Of a DNA stretch of 64,000 nt, positions 1 to 12,390 are shown piece after piece. The stretch lies in assembly GCF_001194135.2 (NCBI RefSeq), contig NC_068981.1:161647672-161711671 (forward strand), read 5' to 3'. The notes below the pieces were generated by a model. The model worked only from the letters and a program-made list of their open reading frames with translations. It was not told where the DNA came from and searched no databases. This DNA is from Octopus bimaculoides. Lineage: Eukaryota. Every line of letters begins with the position of its first letter. The first letter of the stretch is position 1. The translations under genes and the position numbers were made by a program.

Positions 1-350
1 GTTCTTGTGCGGGTGGCACATGAGATGCACCATTTTGAGCGTGGCCGTTGCCAGTACCGCCTGACTGGCTCCCGTAGGATTTTCGAGCGAGATCGTTGCC
101 AGTGCCCCTGGACTGGCTTGTGCCGGTGGCACATAAAAGACACCATTTCGAGTGTGGCCGTTTTCGTTCGGATGACACGTAAAAGCACCCACTACACTCT
201 CTGAGTGGTTGGCGTTAGGAAGGGCATCCAGCTGTAGAAACTCTGCCAAATCAGACTGGAGCCTGGTGTTGCCATCCAGTTTCACCAGTCCTCAGTCAAA
301 TCGTCCAACCCATGCTAGCATGGAAAGCGGACGTTAAACGATGATGATGA
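1..350 (+). mobile_element. Retroposon family C (non-coding, (GAT)n tail, internal ~60-bp modules), cut by window start
   Basis: Ends ...aacccatgctagcatggaaagcggacgttaaacgatgatgatga; near-identical ends recur at ~8130, ~25930, ~50010, ~58200, ~60800. Confidence 0.85.
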
Positions 351-1864
351 TTTCCTATTTGCTTACCTCTAGAAAGTATGAAAAATGGTTAATATTTCCA
401 TCAAACTTTGCTTTTATTGCATTTATTCAAACCTCAAAGAATTCCTCTCAATGCATGGCTATGATGTTCTCTTCTTATCCCAGCTCATCATCAGAGATAC
501 ACATATTATCAGCCATTAAGGGGCATGCTCAAGTGGATAAGGTCAAGTAACTGACAAGCAAATCTGTGGTATTGAGCAGAATATTTGCTATAACAATATT
601 TCTGCTTCAGCAACTGAGTGTTAAATCTGTCTGAAATAACCATCGTCATTTAACATCCACCTTCCATGCTGACATGGGTGGGTTGGTTTGATAGGGGCAA
701 GCCAGGCCCCTATCAAACCTGTACCAGACTTCTGCGTCTGTTTTGGCAGGATTTTTACAGCTGGACGTATTTCCTTACACCAACTACCCAGCAGAGTGGA
801 CTAAATGTAATGGAAAACAGATTAATTTCAAAACATTGATGTCCAGGTGACAAAAGTAAAGTTTAGAGGAAATAGTAGTCATTTCCTTTGATTTCTTGAT
901 AGAAGCAAATAGGAAATAAGACTTACTGATGAAAGACAAAAAAATGAAAATTTTGTTACACTGTGTTATATGTTCCTACCCATCTACTGATGTGGTAAGT
1001 GGTCTATGATCTTGTTTATACTATCTGATGAACCAACGTGATGCTGGGGAAACTCCAGAGTAGCTATCAACTGGATAAGTCAAAACAAAGTGTGTGTGTG
1101 TATGTGTGTGTATATATGTATATGCATAATCAAAGGAATGGAAAAACAGAAATAAATTCTGCTGAAGGAAACTTAATAGTATTAACAATGACAACATCAC
1201 ATAGCAATGACTAAATGGAATTTCAAAAGTCACTTTTACAACCACAGTTCATTTTTCTGAAATGAAGAAATGAGAAACTATATATGGTAAATGAAAGACA
1301 ATGAAATTAATAATTTTAATGCCTTTTGGACTATACTGAATTCACACAAACCATGCACCAGTGATTCCAATGTGCTACAAAGTTTTTCATTCTAAATTAA
1401 CTTGTGACCTCAAATGATTACTTAAATGAGATATCTGAATGTTCACCAAATGCAGACATATTAAGAAATTCCTTCTAGCTATTTTTAATTGAACAATAGA
1501 ATTCAGTTAATTGCATAATACTCTACTGTTGATTTCTGTATGCGTATTTATGGGCATGTGCCAGCATAAACCTCTTATCCAACAACCTCTTCTGCTGCCA
1601 TTACATCATGTACATGCTAAACAGGAATTGATTATATGCTGCCTCAGATAAAGAATTCTTGAGTAAACACACCGTTCAAGAGAAAATCTTCATTCTGCTA
1701 AATATTGCATCAGTAGAATGCAATATTTAGCAGGAAATGTAAATTCATTCATTAAAAAAACCCCACTCATCTCTCTCTCTCTCACACAATCTATCTATCT
1801 ACCTATCTATCTGTCTGTCTATTTATTTATGTATCAATCTGTCCGCCTGTCTATCTATCTATCT

Positions 1865-2431
1865 TCTCTTACATTGCAATGCGAAAGTCACGACGAGCTA
1901 GTTTATCAGTGTCCTACAACTGTTGGACTAACTGTAGCTTGTAAGGTGTCATCTGCAGTTGTCTTTTTAAGATATGCCAAACAGTTGTTGTAGAAAGCTG
2001 AAGTTCCCTACTGGCTCTTCTGATCGATTTACAGGGACTCTGCTCGAAGGCAGTTCGAACTCGCTCAACCATATCATCTGAAGTTGAGGGGCGTCCCGTT
2101 CTCTTAGCTGGGCACAAACACTCATCCTTCATGATTTTACCATATCATCTCAATATGGACTTCCTTTCTGGTGCCTCTTTTCAGAATTTTGTGTGAAAGG
2201 CATGTTGAACAAGTGTCCATGATTCAGTTTTTTGCAAATTCAAGGACGCAAAACGCCTTTTCTGGTTGAGTGAATGCCATTACTGGATCTGAAAAAATAT
2301 GAAAAATCATTAGCATTACAAAAAAACTTAATGAATTTAACTTTAAAATGGTACCAGTTTCATCTCACTACCAATCATAGTCCAGCAGATATGAGGACTT
2401 GAAATGTGCCCAAAACTTCTGGAACACCCTG
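1865..2431 (-). mobile_element. Tc1/mariner (rosa/maT-like) 5' fragment: TIR plus decayed N-terminal transposase
   Basis: TA|CAGGGTGTTCCAGAAG end at ~2431; from ATG 2280: MAFTQPEKAFCVLEF...GRPSTSDDMVERVRTAFEQSPCKSIRRASRELQLSTTTVWHILKRQLQMTPYKLQLVQQL with stops; typical HTH region. Confidence 0.85.
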
Positions 2432-2434
2432 TAT

Positions 2435-2467
<33 letters not shown>

Positions 2468-3049
2468 CATATCCATATATGTATGCATACACATAAATAT
2501 AGTATAATTAGGGAGTTTGAGGGGCTGAGAGAAGGACGATGCGATGGAAAAAAGTAAAGAAAAAGAGAAAGAGAGAGTGTGTGTCTATGTATTTATGGAG
2601 AGGAGAGAGAAAAAGAGAAAAGAGTAGAAGAGAGATTGAGGAATTATGAATTTGGAGAAAAGAATTATGGGATGATAGAGTGAAGTAAAGAAAGAGAGAG
2701 AGAGAGAAAGAGAAGAGGGAGAGAGAGTGTCTACATATTTAGAGAGAAGCAATACAGAAAGGGGGAATGACAGTGTGATGGAGAAGAGAAAGAGAGAGAG
2801 TGAAGTTATATAAACTCTTGAAAAGGATTCGACTTGGATAGGGAAAAATAAATTAAGCAACAAATATATACCTATCTGTAACTACGGAAATTCTCTTAAA
2901 TCAGGAACAATGAAAGTTAAACTTCTCTGCAATAATCAATAACCTCGTAAGTCAAAAGCAAAACATAGAGAAAAGACCTTATGTAAATTTAACCTTCTAC
3001 TTTCCCCTAATAATAAACCTTCAACAAATGACAGAAAATACACAGAGAT

Positions 3050-3900
3050 ACTTATCTAGTTTTTCCAAAGAGACGGGTATTTCCCAGGCAGTGGAAGATT
3101 TTAAACTTCCTTTCAAGTTATGGTGACACCATGTGCTGCTCAATACGATACAGTGTTTACGTTTCGTATATTCGTACTTTTTCTGTTTTTCCCTTCTATA
3201 TATTCCAGATGGTTTTTCTGTAAACGTGTCTTGTTGTGTTTCACTCAAAAGTTATTCAGATAGAGTTTTTTTTCCGATCGAAAATCGCAGTTATTTTAGA
3301 AATTTGTAAAATCCATGCGTTATTTGCAATGTTTATACTTCGTACATTCGCAAAAGATTCTTCCTGCTTAATATATGTTACTTTATATTTCCTCAAATGT
3401 ATTCATCATCATTCAGGAAGACATTCAAGGCCTTTTTGAGGTTTTTTTTTTTTGTAATAGAATTCGCAGGTTTTTAGAAATTTCTTAGCGATTTTCTACG
3501 AGCTTAAAAAAACTCGTGTTGATCAGAGGCCGCCCACTTTTTCCCCCTCTCGTTCTTCCTCTGTTACTACTACGTATCTCTCTTTACCCCTCTCCTTCTT
3601 CCTTCTGTTACTACTATATTCCTCTCTTCCTCTCGTTGCTCACCTATTCTTCTACTTCCTCCCCTTGTTTCTCCCTCTACCACTCTCTCTCTCCCTTACC
3701 CCTGCATGGTCACATGCTTCCGGTCACTAATCCTTTTCTTCCTTGGCTATCGCCGAGCAAACACGAGAACTTACTTCGTCCCGACTTTCAGTTCATGCCT
3801 CACAGCGTTCATATACACATAATTTTTCACGCCTGGCCGCATAGCCTTTTCTGTTTATTTTCCTGTCTTGTTTTCTTTTCCGTTTGTTTTCCTGTCTTGT
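3050..3900 (-). promoter_or_regulatory. CpG-retaining promoter/first-exon-like region
   Basis: About 30 CpG in 3061-3900 versus about 2-4 in equal-length control stretches (counted by eye); minus-strand GAA|GTAAGT donor at 3775/3774; GGGCGG at ~3530 on minus. Confidence 0.45.
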
Positions 3901-5491
3901 TTTNNNNNNNNNNNNNNNNNNNNNNNNNNNNNNNNNNNNNNNNNNNNNNNNNNNNNNNNNNNNNNNNNNNNNNNNNNNNNNNNNNNNNNNNNNNNNNNNN
4001 NNNAGAGAAAGAGAGGAAGAGAAAGAGAGGAAGAGAAAGAGAGTGAGAGAGAATATATATATATATTAATTATTTTTGGGTGGGGCTGATTCCCCACTGA
4101 TAGTTCTTTAGATAAGGAAAACAAAGTAAGGCATGACAGTAAATAGATTAAGATACATGGCTGACTGAACTCCCACACAGGTTGGTATTGCCAAATGTTC
4201 ATAGAGAACATGAAGGGAAAGAAGGTGGCTTCTTAATAGCTATTAATCATTTGTTCATGCATGCTCTCCCAAACACAAAACTCACAAATCCACACATAAA
4301 TCCATATACACAAATGCACATACACATGCTCATGCATGTCACAGGTTTTCTTAGAAAGTAAGAAAAAGGGCGCAGCACAAGAAATAAGATATGGAAGGAC
4401 TAGTAGCTCACAGTTCATCCATCTCACATACACGCATACATGCATGCATTTATGCAATGCAGTTTAGTATGCTGTTAGCAAGCAGTTAATAGACGTACAG
4501 GAGAGAGGAATGGGAAAGCATGTGTGGATATCCAATATTGTGCTAAAATTACAGAACCAAAGTCAATATATGCATGTATTTCTTTTTCCATTTTTTTTCT
4601 CTCCTTCTCTTTGTCTTTCACTCTCTCTATCTCTTTCTCTCTCATTTTTTGTTTGTTTGTTACAATCTTCTTTCTTTCCATCACCAACCTAAAATCCATA
4701 TATGTGTATGTATATGAAAGAAATTGTTGTATACAGTGCTCGGGTGCACTACAACTAAAGAAAAAAGGGAAAAAAGCTATCAGTTGTACTGTTGGCAGAT
4801 TTCGGGAATCATGGAAGTTTTGAAAGTCGTAGTGGCTTGACAGCTAACGATTGATGCAGGTAGTTTATTCCATGCTTCAAGAATTGTGAGCATGAAAAAT
4901 GTTTCTCTGAAAGTCATGGGTTTTTTTTTTTTTGATTTTGTGAACAGAAGAGGAATAAATATTTAGGAGCCAATCTCTTTCTTTGTCCTGCATTATTTAT
5001 TCTCTGCTGAAACTGACCAGTGTTGGTGTGAATAAAGTTCAGCCTTAACTGTAAGAAGTTTTTTTTTTTTCTGTAAACTATTTAGTTTTTCCCTGCCTAG
5101 AGAACCATCTCCGGAGTAACAANNNNNNNNNNNNNNNNNNNNNNNNNNNNNNNNNNNNNNNNNNNNNNNNNNNNNNNNNNNNNNNNNNNNNNNNNNNNNN
5201 NNNNNNNNNNNNNNNNNNNNNNNNNNNNNNNNNNNNNNNNNNNNNNNNNNNNNNNNNNNNNNNNNNNNNNNNNNNNNNNNNNNNNNNNNNNNNNNNNNNN
5301 NNNNNNNNNNNNNNNNNNNNNNNNNNNNNNNNNNNNNNNNNNNNNNNNNNNNNNNNNNNNNNNNNNNNNNNNNNNNNNNNNNNNNNNNNNNNNNNNNNNN
5401 NNNNNNNNNNNNNNNNNNNNNNNNNNNNNNNNNNNNNNNNNNNNNNNNNNNNNNNNNNNNNNNNNNNNNNNNNNNNNNNNNNNNNNNNNNN

Positions 5492-5492
5492 N

Positions 5493-5572
<80 letters not shown>
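5492..5572. repeat. (GT)n microsatellite
   Basis: Pure GT run after N-gap. Confidence 0.95.
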
Positions 5573-5575
<3 letters not shown>

Positions 5576-5908
5576 CACAGCCATGGTTAAGAAGCTTGCT
5601 TTGCAATGACATGGTTCATGGTTCAGTTCCTTTGCATGGCACTTTGGACAAGTGTTTTTCACAAATTCCTTGGGCCAACCAATGTCTTGTGAATGAATTT
5701 GGTTGATACGTGTTTGTGTTTGTGCCCTCCCACTGTTTGACATCTGGTGCTGATTTGTTTATATTCCCTTAACTTAGCGGTACAGCAAAAGAGACTAGTA
5801 GATTATGCTCCAGACTAAAAATAAAATAACTTACATCAATTTGATCACTTAAACCCTTCAAAACAGTGTTCCAGTATGGCCACAGTCCATAATGACTGAA
5901 ATAAGTAA
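5573..5908 (+). mobile_element. SINE family A, diverged copy
   Basis: ggttaagaagcttgc...ggcactttggacaagtg...gactgaaataagtaa aligns to the intact copy at 38848. Confidence 0.7.
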
Positions 5909-6006
5909 CTGATGTATATAATAATTAATAACAACAGAAGTAGTATTAAAACCAAAAGGTAATCTTTATATCCAACTTAACGTAGATGTCTTGTTATAAC
6001 ACTGAA

Positions 6007-6398
6007 TTATTTACCTTGAGAGAACTTCTCATATGGTGCCTAAAAAACACTGATATTTACATCAGTGGCAGATGAGAATCATGTGCTATGCATGACGGAA
6101 CTGCCAGGCTATGTGATTTCCACCTACTTGATCTCTTCAGTGGCAGTCATCCAATAGCAGCATAACAGTTGAAACTCATTGTCAATGATACATAGAATTT
6201 CAGTGTGTTTTCAGGCACTGATGTGGCAAATAACCATACAGGGACAACTGCTACTGAAGAGATCAAGCAGGTCAAAATCATGTGATCTGACAGTTCTGGC
6301 ACCCATAGCAGATGATTTTTTAAAATCTGCCAGTAATATAAATATGAGTGCTTTTATGCATCATGCCTTCATAAGAGAGGTCCTCTCAAAATAAATAA
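6007..6398. mobile_element. Old foldback/MITE-like inverted repeat
   Basis: Left and right halves are diverged reverse complements, e.g. acctacttgatctcttcagtggcag vs ctgctactgaagagatcaagcaggt; ttgagagaacttctc vs gagaggtcctctcaa. Confidence 0.7.
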
Positions 6399-6660
6399 CG
6401 CAATATTCAGTTTTGGGATTTGGTTTGCAAGATTCTTTATGTGAGTTCGTGTGTTGAAGCATATTCTGTTGTGTCTGGGCAGAGTCATTCTCTTTTGGTG
6501 ACTTATAATTCAACACACTCACCGGTAAAATTTCCACTTATTTATTTATTTTTTCTAAAATTTTCGTTGCGTCCTGCAACCTTTTCAATAGTTTTGAAAA
6601 GTTTGCAAGACGTAATGAAAATTTTAGAATAATAAAAAAATAAATAAAAGAGAAATAAAT

Positions 6661-7186
6661 AGGCGCAAGAGTGGCTGTGTGGTAAGTAGCTTNNNNNNNN
6701 NNNNNNNNNNNNNNNNNNNNNNNNNNNNNNNNNNNNNNNNNNNNNNNNNNNNNNNNNNNNNNNNNNNNNNNNNNNNNNNNNNNNNNNNNNNNNNNNNNNN
6801 NNNNNNNNNNNNNNNNNNNNNNNNNNNNNNNNNNNNNNNNNNNNNNNNNNNNNNNNNNNNNNNNNNNNNNNNNNNNNNNNNNNNNNNNNNNNNNNNNNNN
6901 NNNNNNNNNNNNNNNNNNNNNNNNNNNNNNNNNNNNNNNNNNNNNNNNNNNNNGCGTGTGTGTGTGTGTGTATATGTTTGTGTGTCTGTGTTTGTTCCCA
7001 CAACATTGCTTGACGACCGATGCTGGTGTGTTTACGTCCCCGTAACTTAATGGTTCGGCAAAAGAGATTGATAGAATAAGTACTAGGCTTACAAAGAATA
7101 AGTCCTGGGGTTGATTTGTTCGACTAAAGGTGGTGCTCCAGCATGGCTGCAGTCAAATGACTGAAACAAGTAAAAGAGTAAAAAGT
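6661..7186 (+). mobile_element. SINE family A (tRNA-like head, internal TA/TG repeats), N-gap inside
   Basis: aggcgcaagagtggctgtgtggtaagtagc head; tail ...gtcaaatgactgaaacaagtaaaagag. Confidence 0.85.
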
Positions 7187-7329
7187 GGAAATTTTACCAG
7201 TGAGTATGTTAAATCATAAGGCACCAAAAGAGAATGACTCTCCCCAGATACAACAGTATTTGATGTTCAAACACAACCTCCATGTTAAGTTGTATATAAA
7301 GTTTGCATTTTGACATATATATATATATT

Positions 7330-7602
7330 CACACACATACACACATATCACATGATCACATGACTGCCCAGACTGTCAGAGGTTGTTACGCATCACTGGC
7401 CACGGTATGTTTTGCATCACCTGAGCTTTTGAATGATGCCACTCTGCTGGCTAGGTGAGAAGCTAACATTCTCCTACTGACTGAAAATGGAACTGAATGA
7501 ATGTGAAACAAATTATTTTGCTCAAGAGTACAATGTACCACCTGGTCTGAGAATTAATCCCACGAATCTTGTGATTGTCAGTGCAATGGCCTAACCACTA
7601 GT
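7330..7602 (-). mobile_element. CORE-like SINE (family E), diverged
   Basis: Reverse strand has tRNA-like head and ...cttgagcaaaataatttgtttcaca... core; same tail type as 55860-56135. Confidence 0.55.
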
Positions 7603-7721
7603 TCACATATATATATATATGTGTATGCACATACACACACTTCCTGAATATACTTATTTATATAGCCAGGTATACATCATCATCTTCATCATTTTTACCT
7701 CCACTTTTCCATAATGATTTT

Positions 7722-8175
7722 GAAAGCGAAATCGTGATGGCACCTGTACCCAGCGTCGCCTTCCTGGCACTTGTGCTGGTGGCACGTGTGTAAAGACATT
7801 CGAGCGAGATCGTTGCCAGTGCCGCTGGACTGGCTCCTGTGCAGGTGGCATGTAAAATGCACCATTTTCAGCGTGGCCATTGCCAGTACCGCCTGACTGG
7901 CCTTCATGCCAGTGGCATGTAAAAGCACGCACTTTGGAGTGGGTTGGCGTTAGGAAGGGCATCCAGCTGTAGAAACTCTGCCAAATCAGATTGGAGCCTG
8001 GTGTAGCCATCTGGTTCACCAGTCCTCAGTCAAATCATCCAACCCATGCTAGCATNNNNNNNNNNTTGGAGCCTGGTGTAGCCATCTGGTTCACCAGTCC
8101 TCAGTCAAATCATCCAACCCATGCTAGCATGGAAAGCGGACGTTAAACGATGATGATGATGATGATGATGATGAT
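7722..8175 (+). mobile_element. Retroposon family C
   Basis: Internal ggcac(g/a)taaaa modules, ggcgttaggaagggcatccagctgtagaaac core, (GAT)n tail; 65 bp duplicated across a 10-N gap. Confidence 0.85.
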
Positions 8176-8357
8176 ATGAGTTGGAGGGGCTCTTTTGAGG
8201 CACAGTTTTATAACCAGATTCCTTTACCACCACCAGCCTTTCTAGTTTGCTCTTAAGGCTCATTATATAAGTAAATTAATATGAATGTTTACATTCCTTT
8301 AATCATTTTATGTAAGGATATATTTATGTCTGTAGGTATGTATGAAGATGTTGACAT

Positions 8358-8759
8358 TTACTTTTTTACTTGTTTCAGTCATTTGACTGCGGCCATGCTG
8401 GAGCACAGCCTTTAGTCGAGAAAGTCGACTCCAGGACTTATTCTTTGTAAGCCTAGTACTTATTCTGTCGGTCTCTTTTTGCCGAACCGCTAAATTACGG
8501 GGATGTAAACACACCACCATCGGTTGTCAAGCGATGTTGTGGGGACAGACACACAAACATATATACACACATACATATATATATATACATATATACGACG
8601 GGTTTCTTTCAGTTTCCGTCTACCAAATCCACTCACAAAGCTTTGGTCAGCCCGAGGCTATAGTAGAAGACACTTGCCCAAGATGCCACACAGTGGGACT
8701 GAACCTGGAACCATGTGGTTGGTAAGCAGGCTACTTACCACACAGCCACTCCTGCATCT
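8358..8759 (-). mobile_element. SINE family A, near full length
   Basis: Reverse complement of the 38848 copy from head to tail. Confidence 0.9.
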
Positions 8760-9088
8760 ATTTGTTAACTAATATTTTTTTAGCAATTTAGTGTTTTTTG
8801 TTCTTGTAGTAAAAGCTTGCTTTATATTTTACTTGATTAATATGTTAAGAGAAATAATTGGGATTTAAGAGAAATGCAGGTGAGAAAGAAAGATAAGGGA
8901 TAGGATGAGAAATAAGGATGAGAAAGAGAAATAAAAGAATGGTCAGAGAAATAAGAGGGAGAAAGAGAAATATGGGAGGAGGGGGAGAAATAAAAGTTGA
9001 AACAAGTTGAAAATGATAAGGGGCAAGAGAAACAAGAGTAGGAGAGAAGTAGGCGCAGTAAGAGACACAAATGAAATAGAAATAGCTC

Positions 9089-9102
9089 ACACACACGTGC
9101 AT

Positions 9103-9158
<56 letters not shown>
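9089..9158. repeat. (CA)n microsatellite
   Basis: Direct. Confidence 0.95.
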
Positions 9159-9161
<3 letters not shown>

Positions 9162-9176
9162 CTCTCATTCACTCAC

Positions 9177-9214
9177 TTGTACAATTTGACAATTCCTGAG
9201 GGTCTCTTCATAGA
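9177..9214 (-). other. Candidate 38-nt exon
   Basis: ggaatgtttttcag| ... AA|gtgagt; two open frames (xYEETLRNCQIVQ or SMKRPSGIVKLY); no homology recognised. Confidence 0.25.
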
Positions 9215-9799
9215 CTGAAAAACATTCCATTAAAACTGTTAGCACTTGCAAAACAGTCATGCTTATCCTTCATCAATTTACCTTTTCTCTCACTCATTCT
9301 CTTTTTCTCTCTTTTTTTTTCTTCTTCTTACTCTCTCTTTCTATCACTATTTCTCTCATCAGTCACTCACTCTACATTCACACATAATATACACACATAA
9401 CAATGGATTGTTTAAACAAATGTTATTCTATTCATTATTATACTATGTTCTATTGACCTTTTAGCTGTGATACTATTGAATAATTGTTGCTATTATTCCA
9501 AATTATTGATCTCATGAAGTTATTTTTCTGTTTTTCTTTTTATATATTCTTTGCTGCTCTTATAAGCATTTCCTTCCTCTCTACCTATATATCTATCATG
9601 TCTTGGCTTTTTATTTTCTTTATATTTGGAAAGAAGTATGGACAAATTCTTACTAGAACAAATGGCCCAATGATGGCAATGAAGGAACCCTTACATGGCT
9701 GCTATACCTGCTAGAAATAGCAGCCAAAGATCACTAACATTATTACTCCTTATTGTTATAATAATAATAATAATAATAATAATGATAATAATAATAATA

Positions 9800-10182
9800 A
9801 ATGCTTTCTAATTGATGTATCAATACCAGCAGATGACAACGTTTCCCTAAAAGAAATGGAAAAACTTTCAAAATACAAAGACCTGGAAATAGAGGTAACT
9901 CGAATGTGGAATCTAAAAACAGAAACAATTCCTATCATAGTAGGTGCCTTAGGTATGATAAAAAAAAATTTTCAGACAAAAACATAACAAAATCACCAGG
10001 ACTTACAAATATATATAACATACAGAAAATTGCACTACTGGGCACTGCACACATCCTACGCAAAACACTTTCAATACAGTAGCCATAAGAGCATCACAGC
10101 AAACCACAGCACATACCCAAGGCACACAGAGCTGCGCTCGGTAGTGAAGTGAAAGCATACTATAAATATAAAACTACTGAAC
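9800..10182 (+). mobile_element. R4/Dong-like non-LTR retrotransposon, 5'-truncated 3' end, in (TAA)n
   Basis: CFLIDVSIPADDNVSLKEMEKLSKYKDLEIEVTRMWNL...ALLGTAHILRKTLSIQ* (restriction-like endonuclease C-terminus), ~100-nt 3'UTR, (TAA)n on both sides. Confidence 0.85.
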
Positions 10183-10223
<41 letters not shown>

Positions 10224-10275
10224 CACCAAATATCTAAGAGAACATTATTCAGTATGTCTGCAAAGAAAAACGTAC

Positions 10276-10340
10276 CAAACACTCATGGCTGGTATAACTT
10301 TGATCTTGGATCTTTTCACTTGTGGTTGTCTAATGGCTGG
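10276..10340 (-). other. Candidate 65-nt exon
   Basis: ttgttgttgttcag| PAIRQPQVKRSKIKVIPAMSV.. |gtacgt; one open frame. Confidence 0.2.
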
Positions 10341-10634
10341 CTGAACAACAACAATTACAATTTACAAACAATGAGAGAGCATTTACATAGAAGTGTGGAA
10401 TCTATTTAGTATCAGGAGCAAGTTGTAAGTTCATTTGTACGTACATACGTGTGTGGGAGGGGAGGTGCTTGTGTACTGAGAAGAATAATGAATCTTTAAT
10501 TTTACAAATTCATTGGTATGTCTCTTAGTTAAATTATTGTGTTAGTCATGCACTGTGGTCAGTTAAATCAAATAAACCTCTTTCTCCTAAATTGTAATGC
10601 CTTCTGCTTACATTTATGAATCAGTATTAGTAGC

Positions 10635-11400
10635 TTGCAAGTCAGCAAGTTGGAAGAATTGCTAGCATGTTGCACAAAATGCTTAGTGGCATTTCTTTAG
10701 GCTTGTTATATTTTGATTGAGTTCAAATTCTGCCACAGTCAACTTTGACTTTCATGCACATGACGTTGATAAAATACATGGGTGGGCCATAATGATGGGA
10801 TGCAATTTAAATGCTAAGTATCTTGGATTATAAAAGTGATATAGAATACTAAATATATTTATTGCATAATTGATATACAGGAGTTCAACATATCTAAGAT
10901 TTGAATTTATATCTTGGAGATGGTCATCACCATGAACAGAACATTCTTGAGTTCGCTTTCTCATATCAAGCACATTGTGGCTTAGCATATCAACTGGAAT
11001 GGCTGCAGTTGCCTTTCTCACAAAAGTTTGTAACAGCACACTAGATCACTTTTCGAGATGGTGCCCATTGCTTTCCAGAATGCTTTCAGAATTTTCTTTG
11101 GCTGGTGATGTATGCTTCAACTATGTATGTAATTTGTTTTGGAGTCCATGACATTATGAGAGTCACCAACACCAACTACCTGTAAAAAATAGTAAAATCT
11201 TAGATATGTTGAACTCCTGTATATCAGTTCTGTAATAAATGCATTTGGTACTCTATGTCATTTTTATAATCCAAGACACTAGCATTTAAAATGAATCTCA
11301 TTATTATGGCTCACCCTATAGTACCAGCTGAGCATTGGGATCAATATAATTGACTTATCCCTTCTAAAACTGTTGGCCATGTGTCAAAATTTGAAATCAT
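10635..11400 (+). mobile_element. SINE family B split by a mariner insertion
   Basis: tgagttcaaattctgcc...gttgataaaa|TA ... TA|gtaccagctgagcattggg restores the family B consensus gataaaataagtaccag. Confidence 0.75.
10777..11318 (-). mobile_element. Internally deleted Tc1/mariner element with ~125-bp TIRs
   Basis: TA-flanked; inner 27 bp of arms nearly identical (tacaggagttcaacatatctaagattt), outer ~95 bp diverged; MSWTPKQITYIVEAY... N-terminus joined to ...IPVDMLSHNVLDMRKRTQECSVHGDDHLQDI C-terminus. Confidence 0.85.
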
Positions 11401-11962
11401 TATATGCAGCACGGTAAATGGCAAAACTGGTAGAATTTCAGACTAAATTCCTTATGATATTTTCTAATTTTCTTTTAAAATTCTCAGTTCAAGTCATGCC
11501 AAACCTTAACTTCCACATTTTATGTTTTTGGGAGTTGATAAAATAACTATTAATCAGCTTTAACTGGGTTTATAACTATAAACTATAAAACTGAACCCAA
11601 TTTATAACAATAAACTGGGTTCAATTTGACAAAGCCCTCACATAAAATATGCAGCTCTGTGTTAGTCATAGAAATCCCTATTATTTAGCAAGGTGGTAGA
11701 TGACAGGGGTCATATAGCACTAAACAAAATACAAGATATTTTGTTCTCTCCTACTTGCATGAGTCAGATGAAATTTGTTGAGATAGAATTTTCTACAGCC
11801 AGATGTCCTTCCTGTCACTAACCCTCACCTGTTTCCAAAAACAAGGTTTGATTTCATGGACAATTGGAAATGAAGGACTCTATTTGCATCATGGTGACAT
11901 TTGTTTACCATTATCACATGAAGTGAAGGCAAGATATATATACATGTGTAACACACGTACAC

Positions 11963-12002
<40 letters not shown>

Positions 12003-12009
12003 AAAAGGA

Positions 12010-12390
12010 TTCAACAGACTTCTTTCACTTTCTTTCTACCAAATCCACTCACAAAGCTTTGGTCAGCTTGAGGCTATAGTAGAAAATACTTGCCTGAGGT
12101 ACCACACATTGAGATTGAACCTGAGGCTATGTGGTTGGGAAGCTAACCTCTTACCACAAAGCCATGCCTGTGTCTATTATATATATATGTGTGTGTTATG
12201 TGTATTTGTGTGTGTGTGTGTGTGGCCTCACCATTGCTTGACAATCAGCGTGGGCTTGTTTACATTCTCATAACTTAGTGATTCAGCAAAAGACACCAGT
12301 AGAATAAATACTGGGGTCAATTTGTTTGATTAAATCCTTCAAGATGGTGCCCCAGCATGGCTGCAGTTCAATGACTGAAACAAGTAAAAG
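12010..12390. mobile_element. SINE family A fragments (head/core on minus, tail on plus)
   Basis: 12010-12170 matches core reversed; 12200-12390 matches tail forward. Confidence 0.65.

Noticed and set aside
1010-1092. Hammerhead-like CTGATGA...GAAAC fold
   Set aside because: Lacks the G-C pair closing stem II and needs bulges in stems I and III; probably chance
7991-8130. Exact 65-bp direct repeat
   Set aside because: Copies flank a 10-N gap; typical unmerged contig overlap
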